From contig CAYHAL010000001.1 of the NCBI GenBank assembly GCA_964354655.1, positions 32,032 to 91,205 on the forward strand: a DNA stretch of 59,174 bases, read 5' to 3'. The translations under genes and the position numbers were made by a program. Shown here one piece after another: positions 53,220 to 59,174 of this stretch (its first letter is position 1; each line of letters begins with the position of its first letter). The notes under the pieces were generated by a model. It was not told where the DNA came from and searched no databases. It was given only the letters and a program-made list of their open reading frames with translations. This DNA is from an uncultured Dehalococcoidales bacterium (GTDB lineage: Bacteria > Chloroflexota > Dehalococcoidia > Dehalococcoidales > E44-bin46).

Positions 53220-54428
53220 ATGAATAGGAAGCTGATCAAAATCCCTTTGCTATGGTTAATCTTGGTGTTGATGTTGTCAATGTTGGTAATGTTATTCACG
53301 GCGAAGCCAGTTGAAGCTGGCTGCCCTTGTGAGAACGATGGCGGGTCATCATCACCCCCGGCAACCAGGACTGTCAGCGTACATATAAGCCCGAGCGGCG
53401 GTGGTGATGTCGAGGTAGAAGGGCGGGTGCCACGCTCCTATCCCGCTAAGCGTACCGTGACGAAAGGTGATTATGTCCGCCTTGAGGCAGAGCCAGCACC
53501 TGGCTATTATTTCGTCAGCTGGAGTGGAGACCTGATTGGCAATGAGAACCCAACAGATGTAAGGATAAATACTAATACAACAATCGTTGCCTACTTTTTC
53601 CCTGAAGAGTTCGTCTCCAAGGATGAGATGCTTCACATTGTTATTCCCGAGGGTACTATTATCCTGAATAAAGACGGTGAGCCGCTTATCAGTTTAGAAC
53701 TTACTATCAATGAGACGCCGCTACCGCCACTTCCAGAGGCTAATATTGTTGGGCTACCCTATGACCTGGGACCCGATGGGGCTACCTTTGACCAGCCAAT
53801 TACCATAACCTGTAGCTATGAGCCGTATGAAATTCCCCCGGAGGTAGCTGAGGAGGACTTGGTTATAGCCTACTACGATGAAGATGTTGGCGAATGGCTG
53901 GTGTTACCATCGGTGGTTGATGTGGTGAATAATACTGTTACGACCCTTGTGGTGGACCACCTCAGTACTTTTGCTATCATGGCTCCGGTACCTATATCGG
54001 TACCCATACCGGCACCAGTACCGGCACCAGCTGCTTTTACCCCCAGTTCGCTGAGTATCTTCCCGCTTGAGGCTGATATTAGCGAAACGGTAAGTATAAG
54101 CGTTTTAGTGACTAATACCGGTGAGCAAGAAGCTAGCTATACCGTAACCCTTAAGATAAACGAGATGATAGAAGAAACCAGGGAAATAACCCTTGCTGGC
54201 GGTAGGGAAACGGTAACCTTTACCACAGTCAAGACCAAAGCTGGTACTTACTCTGTGGATGTTAATGGTCTTCACGGTTCGTTTATGGTCAAAGAAGTAC
54301 CACAATCCCAACCAGTTGCGCCCCCCACCGGGGTTAAGTGGACTATACTTGGACCAATTCTCGCTGTGATAATATTTTTAGCCATTTTCTTACCGATTAG
54401 ATTAAGGCGAAGAAGGGCCTTCCGCTAG
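53220..54428 (+). CDS. Cell-surface protein: signal peptide, InlB-B-repeat-like domain, Pro/Ala/Val linker, CARDB-like domain, C-terminal TM anchor with Arg tail
   Basis: ATG 53220 gives MNRKLIKIPLLWLILVLMLSMLVMLFTAKPVEA. YYFVSWSGDLIGNENPTDV is the bacterial repeat-domain pattern. The CARDB-like block VSISVLVTNTGEQEASYTVTLKIN...GTYSVDVNGLHGSFMV is paralogous to ORF 2020. The tail is ILGPILAVIIFLAIFLPIRLRRRRAFR. Confidence 0.75.
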   Translation: MNRKLIKIPLLWLILVLMLSMLVMLFTAKPVEAGCPCENDGGSSSPPATRTVSVHISPSGGGDVEVEGRVPRSYPAKRTVTKGDYVRLEAEPAPGYYFVSWSGDLIGNENPTDVRINTNTTIVAYFFPEEFVSKDEMLHIVIPEGTIILNKDGEPLISLELTINETPLPPLPEANIVGLPYDLGPDGATFDQPITITCSYEPYEIPPEVAEEDLVIAYYDEDVGEWLVLPSVVDVVNNTVTTLVVDHLSTFAIMAPVPISVPIPAPVPAPAAFTPSSLSIFPLEADISETVSISVLVTNTGEQEASYTVTLKINEMIEETREITLAGGRETVTFTTVKTKAGTYSVDVNGLHGSFMVKEVPQSQPVAPPTGVKWTILGPILAVIIFLAIFLPIRLRRRRAFR

Positions 54429-54500
54429 AAAATTTAGTCAAGCTCTCCTTAAACAACAAGCCAGAAAGTCAAGTCAACTAAGGGTTCTCCTCGGTTTATG

Positions 54501-54529
54501 TTGACACCTTTGTTAACACTTTCTATAAT
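54501..54529 (+). promoter_or_regulatory. Perfect-consensus sigma70 promoter TTGACA-N17-TATAAT with TGTTAACA in the spacer and no downstream ORF
   Basis: TTGACA at 54501-54506, TGTTAACA at 54511-54518 and TATAAT at 54524-54529. A second TTGACA at 54538-54543 is followed by CACAAT 18 nt later. Confidence 0.6.
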
Positions 54530-54628
54530 TTGCTTTCTTGACATCTACCCGCTCGCTGCTACACAATCGGGTCGAAAGGAGGCAAGCGGTTGGTCTAGCA
54601 AACGATTAGCAGCTTGTCTCTCAGCCAG

Positions 54629-54674
54629 CTCTTAATCAGCCGGTTACAGGTTCGAGTCCTGTGCGGCTCACCAC
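54629..54674 (+). repeat. 46-nt direct repeat of the 3' part of tRNA-Lys, from the anticodon loop to CCA+1 (att-like)
   Basis: ctcttaatcagccggttacaggttcgagtcctgtgcggctcaccac is identical to 53062..53107. The 5' half of the tRNA is absent and the anticodon stem cannot form. Confidence 0.9.
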
Positions 54675-54731
54675 AAAGCTGGGGAAGTAACCGACTTGGG
54701 CGAGGTTTAATCCCCCAAATCATGTTCGTAA

Positions 54732-55178
54732 CTATGGTTGGGGTGCTCTTTTGTCTCCTTTGACCCTGAGCGCTTCCTCATAGATTTCGCGATTTTGCGC
54801 AATATACTCATCTGGGAGTCTTAGTCCATGTTCGTAGGGCTTCCCCTGTTTATCAACGGTGACAAACGTAACCATACCAGAGACTGCGGGAGTCTCATCC
54901 TCATTGATAAACGCTTGGCCATGAACGGTTATGCTTCTGGCACCAAGAAGTGCTATCTTGGCGCTGATTCTCATAATATCCCCGTTAGTAGCTGGCTTGT
55001 CAAAGCTCATTCCGTGTATCTGAACGCATACTACGTCCTCGGGTTTTCCCACCAGCCGACATGCAGCGATAAAACAAGCTTCTACAAACCAGTCTGCCAT
55101 ACGTCCCGCAAACAAAGTTCCGTGGTGTTGAAGGTCCTCGGGTTTTACCAGGTGAAATATGGCCGTTTCTTTCAGCAT
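54732..55178 (-). CDS. Acyl-CoA thioesterase (hotdog fold)
   Basis: LVKPEDLQHHGTLFAGRMADWFVEA...IHGMSFDKPATNGDIMRISAKI matches the YciA/BFIT-like pattern. Confidence 0.8.
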   Translation of the reverse strand: MLKETAIFHLVKPEDLQHHGTLFAGRMADWFVEACFIAACRLVGKPEDVVCVQIHGMSFDKPATNGDIMRISAKIALLGARSITVHGQAFINEDETPAVSGMVTFVTVDKQGKPYEHGLRLPDEYIAQNREIYEEALRVKGDKRAPQP

Positions 55179-55454
55179 ATGAAACCACCTCTTTTCTTGC
55201 TCGTTCTCTAATTATTATAACACTGGGATGCGTCGTTTACTTCCTTAACATCTATAAATTTGTTACTATTACACCATAGAAATCATAACTTGACGAAGCA
55301 GCTTGTCCTGTTATTAAATCTAACCGAAGAAGCCTTAACTTCCAGAATTGGCTTCCTTTACCCCAACATAAATCTATAAGTCATAATTAGACCGATATGG
55401 CTGAGGTCTATTTCTTCACCGAGACGAAGAAACTCCTAAGTGCCCTTGACCTTC

Positions 55455-55483
55455 TTGACATTGATAACTTTAGAGGGGAATAT
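55455..55483 (+). promoter_or_regulatory. Promoter candidate TTGACA-N17-GAATAT
   Basis: TTGACA at 55455-55460 and GAATAT at 55478-55483. GGAGG SD follows before ATG 55511. Confidence 0.35.
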
Positions 55484-55510
55484 GAATACTAATGTAGAGG
55501 AGGCAGGCTT

Positions 55511-56089
55511 ATGAATAAGATTCCGATGGGACCGCAAACGTTAATTTACCCCATGCCGACACTGTTAGTTGGGGCGAATGTCAATAATAGACCAAATTTT
55601 ATGACTGTTGCCTGGGGTGGTATTGCCAATGGGGAGCCACCGATGATTTCTGTAGCCATACGACATACTCGGTACACCCTCAGCGGCATAAAGCAAAACT
55701 TGACCTTTTCTGTTAATTTACCTTCTGCTGACATGGTAAGGGAGGTAGATTACTGTGGCCTTACCCATGGCTCAGAAGTCAATAAAGCAGAAGTCTGTCG
55801 GTTTAAGGTGTTTTACGGTAAATTAGGTAACGCCCCGCTTATTGAGCAATGCCCTATCAATCTGGAGTGTAAGGTTGCCCATATCTTGGATTTAGGGAGT
55901 CACTCACTTGTCGTTGGCAGGATTGAGGAGACCTATATCTCAGAGGATTGTCTCACCCAAGGGAAACCGGATGTTAATAAAATTAAGCCCCTTAGCTACA
56001 TTAGAGCCCCGGGTCGGCGATATCAAGCCCTAGGCGCGGTCATAGCTAAAGCATTCAGCATCGGTGAGGAAATCAAAGCAAGACAATAA
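55511..56089 (+). CDS. Flavin reductase-like (FMN-binding split-barrel) protein
   Basis: YPMPTLLVGANVNNRPNFMTVAWGG...PPMISVAI...FSVNLP. Confidence 0.85.
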   Translation: MNKIPMGPQTLIYPMPTLLVGANVNNRPNFMTVAWGGIANGEPPMISVAIRHTRYTLSGIKQNLTFSVNLPSADMVREVDYCGLTHGSEVNKAEVCRFKVFYGKLGNAPLIEQCPINLECKVAHILDLGSHSLVVGRIEETYISEDCLTQGKPDVNKIKPLSYIRAPGRRYQALGAVIAKAFSIGEEIKARQ

Positions 56090-56113
56090 AACATTAAATG
56101 GGAAGTGGACAAA

Positions 56114-56869
56114 TCACTGAGCCGTCCATCCAGCATCTACCGGGAGTACAACACCGGTAATCACTTTTGCTGCATCGCTGGCTAGAAAGCAGGTAGCAGC
56201 GGCTATATCGTCAACCGTTGCCAGACAGTGAAGGGGAGTGTTGTCTAAAACGTAGGCTTTGAATTCCGGGTCGCTTAAATAGCTCTTGGTCATTTCGGTT
56301 AGAGCAAACGTTGGTGCCACGGCGTTAACCCGAATATTATATGGTGCCCATTCAATAGCTTCCTGGCGGGTTAGCTGAACCACTCCTCCCTTACTGGCAC
56401 AATAAGAAGCACGCTTCGGTCCGCCAACGAGGCCGAATATTGAGGCGACGTTAACAATAGCCCCAGTCTTGCGTGGTATCATTGACTGGACAGCTACCGC
56501 CTGATTGCAAAAGAACAACCCCTTGATATTGACTGAGAGGACTGCATCCCAGTCAGCCTCGGTGACCTCTTGAGCCAGCTTGGGGATATTAATTCCAGCC
56601 ACACAGACAAGAATGTCAACCTCACCCAGGTCTTGCCTTATGCGGCTGATTGTAGAGGCGATTGCCGGTGTATCAGTGACATCTAACTGGTAACCTTGGG
56701 CAATACCTTTCTGTTGCACACTTTTGGTGGCTTCTGCCAGACGGTCTGGTTGACAATCAATTAAAGCAACCCGTGCTCCACTGTCAGCTAGCAATTGGGC
56801 ACAGGCTAGACCGATATCACCAGCAGCTCCAGTTACCACGGCTACTTTGTTATCAAAACTGATATTCAA
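56114..56869 (-). CDS. Short-chain dehydrogenase/reductase (SDR, FabG-like)
   Basis: The cofactor motif is VAVVTGAAGDIGLA, NAG is represented by VCVAGI, and the catalytic motif is SYCASKGG (YxxxK). Confidence 0.88.
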   Translation of the reverse strand: MNISFDNKVAVVTGAAGDIGLACAQLLADSGARVALIDCQPDRLAEATKSVQQKGIAQGYQLDVTDTPAIASTISRIRQDLGEVDILVCVAGINIPKLAQEVTEADWDAVLSVNIKGLFFCNQAVAVQSMIPRKTGAIVNVASIFGLVGGPKRASYCASKGGVVQLTRQEAIEWAPYNIRVNAVAPTFALTEMTKSYLSDPEFKAYVLDNTPLHCLATVDDIAAATCFLASDAAKVITGVVLPVDAGWTAQ

Positions 56870-56947
56870 GGTAGTGTCCTCTTACCAAATTATACTAGCT
56901 GGCTCTCATTTTGAGAAGACTCTTATATTTTGGCTGATATTTATGAC

Positions 56948-58003
56948 TTACTTGTCAGGTTCTACTATTACCTTAATCTCATCATGACCTGGCGAAGTGA
57001 GTACATCAAACCCCTTTTTGACAATATCGCGCAACTTAATCTTAGAGGTTATTATCTCGTTAACTGGCAAAAGGCGCCGTTTCAGGAACTCCATGACCAT
57101 GGGAAATTCATCGTGGTAGTAGCAAAAGCTACCCTGTAGGCTATATTCATAGAGGGTAAAAGGTAGGGGAACGACCGGGATTTCATGAGCATGAAGCCCG
57201 ACGAGAATAACTTGCCCTCTGGGTCGGAGAAAGCTAGGCGCACTTTGAAACGCCTCGGGTTTTCCCGAACACTCAAATACCACATCAACCCCCACCCCGT
57301 CGGTCAGCTCAAACACCTTTTGTTTCAAGTCTGGGACTTCTGCAGGGCAAAACACATGGTCTGCCCCGAGCTTCATTGCCACTTCACCCCGTTTCTTATT
57401 CTTCCCTATAGTAGCAATGATTAACCCAGCACCAGCATTCCTTAGATGCGTGATAACCCCAAGCCCTATCATCCCACAGCCCAGCACCGTTGCTCTCTCT
57501 CTGGGCTTAAAATTTGACATCCTGACCGCATGTAGCGAGCAAGCCAGGGGTTCAACCAGCGTTCCCTCTTCAAAGGATACTTCGTCAGGGAGAGCATATA
57601 ACCTGTATTCCGGATGAGGGACTCTGACATACTTGGCAAAGCCGCCAGCATCCCCTAGCCCAGGAACGCAACCTATCTCGTGTTCCAACGCCTGCCGGCA
57701 ACATGAGGTAAACCCATGCTCACAAGCGTAGCACTCACCGCACTCATATAACTCGTTGCACACCACCCTGTCCCCCACCTTCCAACCCTTCACCTTCTTC
57801 CCCACCTTGGCAACAACCCCAGAAAATTCATGCCCTAAATAGGTCCCTGGTTGGATAAAGTCACGAGTCCTATATGAACCTAGGTCACTGCCACAAATTC
57901 CACACCATTTAACCTCTACCAGCACCTCATCATCAGAAATTTCGGGCACTGGTACCTCCTCAAGAACAATATCTCCCGGCCCTCTTAATAGTGCTGCTTT
58001 CAC
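56948..58003 (-). CDS. Zinc-dependent alcohol/polyol dehydrogenase (MDR family)
   Basis: The catalytic Zn motif is CGICGSDL...GHEFSG, the structural Zn motif is CGECYACEHGFTSCC, and the Rossmann motif is VLGCGMIGLG. Confidence 0.88.
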   Translation of the reverse strand: MKAALLRGPGDIVLEEVPVPEISDDEVLVEVKWCGICGSDLGSYRTRDFIQPGTYLGHEFSGVVAKVGKKVKGWKVGDRVVCNELYECGECYACEHGFTSCCRQALEHEIGCVPGLGDAGGFAKYVRVPHPEYRLYALPDEVSFEEGTLVEPLACSLHAVRMSNFKPRERATVLGCGMIGLGVITHLRNAGAGLIIATIGKNKKRGEVAMKLGADHVFCPAEVPDLKQKVFELTDGVGVDVVFECSGKPEAFQSAPSFLRPRGQVILVGLHAHEIPVVPLPFTLYEYSLQGSFCYYHDEFPMVMEFLKRRLLPVNEIITSKIKLRDIVKKGFDVLTSPGHDEIKVIVEPDK

Positions 58004-58059
58004 TTTTCACCTCCTAAAGACATAATAAGTCTTTGTCTCATCCACAACTTGGCGGGTGT

Positions 58060-59019
58060 TTAAAATACCCCGGTCATTTCCTTCAGGCCAAGCGATTTTA
58101 CTACATTTCTAAGCCGCTCCATTTGCTCTTCGCTAGGGGGTCTAACCTCTCCCAGCTCATATTGCATGCCTAACTGTCTATATTTGGATGAGCCAAGCGC
58201 ATGATAAGGCAGCAGCTCTATCATTGTGCCGCCTGATTCAGCCACAAACCTGGCTATAGCTGCTACCTCCTGTTCCAAATCATTGCAACCCGGGACTACT
58301 GGGATGCGGACAATAACCTCACAGCCCACCTCGCCAGAAAGGACTCGCCTGGCGTTACTCAGAATCAACTCATTTGACACCCCGGTGAGTTCCTTGTGCC
58401 TTACCGAATCCATATGCTTGATGTCGTAATACAGTAGGTCGAGATATTCCGAGATTTGTTTCAGGTGTTGCCACCGCCCGTGCCCACATGTCTCTAGGGC
58501 GGTATGAAAGAACCGCTCCTTGCACTTCTTGACGAGGGCTAGCACAAACTCAAATTGCATCAACGGCTCGCCACCACCTATAGTAACCCCGCCACCCGAC
58601 CTATTGTAGAAGGGCCAATCCTTTTCGACCTCGGCTAACACCTCGTCTACCGTCATTCTCTTCCCGGCGATAGTTCGAGCCCCAAAGAGGCAAGCCTCAG
58701 TACACTTCCCGCAAGCCTGGCAAAGCTCCCAGTTGGTAGCGGCTTTGCCTTCTGGTGATAGACTAATTGCTCCCTCGGGACAGACGGCGACACATGGCGC
58801 CTTACATACATCGGCACCAACGCACTTTATACTTAAGAAGCGAAGCTGGGGATGATGTTTTTGTCCTTCTGGATTGCAACACCATTTGCATGCTAGCGGG
58901 CACCCCTGCATAAATACCAGAGTCCTGATGCCGGGTCCATCGTGGAGGGAAAACCGCTGGATGTCAAAAACCCACCCCGTAATTTGCTTACGCTCACTTA
59001 AAATCGTTCCACTTGACAC
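58060..59019 (-). CDS. Glycyl-radical enzyme activating protein (radical SAM, with ferredoxin-like insert)
   Basis: The GTG start gives ...SLHDGPGIRTLVFMQGCPLACKWCCNPE, the CxxxCxxC motif. Extra clusters are CKAPCVAVCPEGA and CQACGKCTEAC. GGGEPL is present. Confidence 0.88.
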   Translation of the reverse strand: MSSGTILSERKQITGWVFDIQRFSLHDGPGIRTLVFMQGCPLACKWCCNPEGQKHHPQLRFLSIKCVGADVCKAPCVAVCPEGAISLSPEGKAATNWELCQACGKCTEACLFGARTIAGKRMTVDEVLAEVEKDWPFYNRSGGGVTIGGGEPLMQFEFVLALVKKCKERFFHTALETCGHGRWQHLKQISEYLDLLYYDIKHMDSVRHKELTGVSNELILSNARRVLSGEVGCEVIVRIPVVPGCNDLEQEVAAIARFVAESGGTMIELLPYHALGSSKYRQLGMQYELGEVRPPSEEQMERLRNVVKSLGLKEMTGVF

Positions 59020-59105
59020 CTACTAAGTGTCCCCTCTCTTGGAATTGTCTTGAGACAAGAACCCCCTAGTCCATATAGCACTGGGGTCAGGTTAACTCAA
59101 CCCGG

Positions 59106-59174
59106 TCACATACTGTGCTCTGTCCTCATAATGATATCCTCTTGCATAGCAGGATCCAGTGAGACGAACAGAGC
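59106..59174 (-). CDS. 3' end (22 codons) of a glycyl-radical enzyme, truncated by the window edge
   Basis: The reverse-strand translation is ALFVSLDPAMQEDIIMRTEHSM*. The motif Q(E/D)DII.RTEH is the conserved extreme C-terminus of PFL-family glycyl-radical enzymes, and an activase lies directly downstream. Confidence 0.6.
   Translation of the reverse strand, partial: ALFVSLDPAMQEDIIMRTEHSM

Noticed and set aside
54536-54674. A tmRNA, or an intact or permuted second tRNA gene, ending in the duplicated T-arm/acceptor sequence.
   Set aside because: The segment is far too short for a tmRNA and has no tag ORF. GGGTCGA at 54568 could pair 6/7 with the acceptor 3' strand, but no D-arm or anticodon stem can be formed, so it is not a functional tRNA.

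Overview
This 59.2-kb window looks bacterial. It has sigma70-type -35/-10 boxes, GGAGG Shine-Dalgarno sites, a lipobox lipoprotein, a CCA-encoding tRNA, and fabF and bacterial-type recJ. The gene content includes a minimal SufBC, COG1900/NIL-ferredoxin/COG2122 sulfur genes, RtcB plus archease, a Cdc48-like AAA+ ATPase, an archaeal-type ThyA-like gene, a cytoplasmic [NiFe]-hydrogenase and a glycyl-radical enzyme. This points to an anaerobic Chloroflexota/Dehalococcoidia-like organism, but that taxonomic guess is inference only.

Layout:
- 1-8.8 kb: cell-surface and secreted proteins. These are a propeller/beta-helix protein, a CARDB-type anchored protein, a lipoprotein, a giant S8+C11 dual protease carrying cohesin and dockerin modules, and a membrane-anchored cohesin protein.
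- 8.9-10.7 kb: a GAF histidine kinase and a NarL-type response regulator.
- 11.0-18.1 kb: a gas-vesicle (gvp) cluster with gvpA, a repeat/wHTH protein, gvpN, three GvpF/L paralogs, gvpG, gvpO, gvpJ-like, gvpK and gvpS/J-like. It runs directly into a cluster-encoded Hsp70 (18.05-19.9 kb). One GvpF/L paralog carries a C-terminal J-domain.
- 20.0-23.8 kb: an RHH regulator, Hsp20, Cdc48-like and unknown-protein operon behind a leaderless-type promoter with tandem TGTTAACA palindromes.
- 24.4-30.3 kb: recJ, fabF, mtaB, an AT-rich HNH gene and a GNAT.
- 30.5-42.6 kb: a [NiFe]-hydrogenase operon with small and large subunits, a GltD-like FAD/FeS subunit, Nfu, a zinc ribbon, SufC, SufBD, MvhD and hypFCDEA.
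- 42.6-49.1 kb, minus strand: cutA, a small Cys protein, COG2122, NIL-ferredoxin, COG1900, a SagB-type nitroreductase, a CysK-like enzyme, rtcB and archease.
- 49.3-53.0 kb: conserved hypotheticals plus a ThyA-like gene.
- 53.0-54.7 kb: tRNA-Lys(CTT) and a 46-nt direct repeat of its 3' half, bracketing a 1.5-kb single-gene islet.
- 54.7-59.2 kb: thioesterase, flavin reductase, SDR, Zn-ADH, a glycyl-radical activase and the 3' end of a glycyl-radical enzyme.

I saw no rRNA, CRISPR array, transposase, integrase or reverse transcriptase. The strongest candidate for a new system is the gas-vesicle cluster with its own J-domain/Hsp70 pair and adjacent Hsp20/Cdc48 proteostasis module. All coordinates and counts were derived by hand from the sequence.
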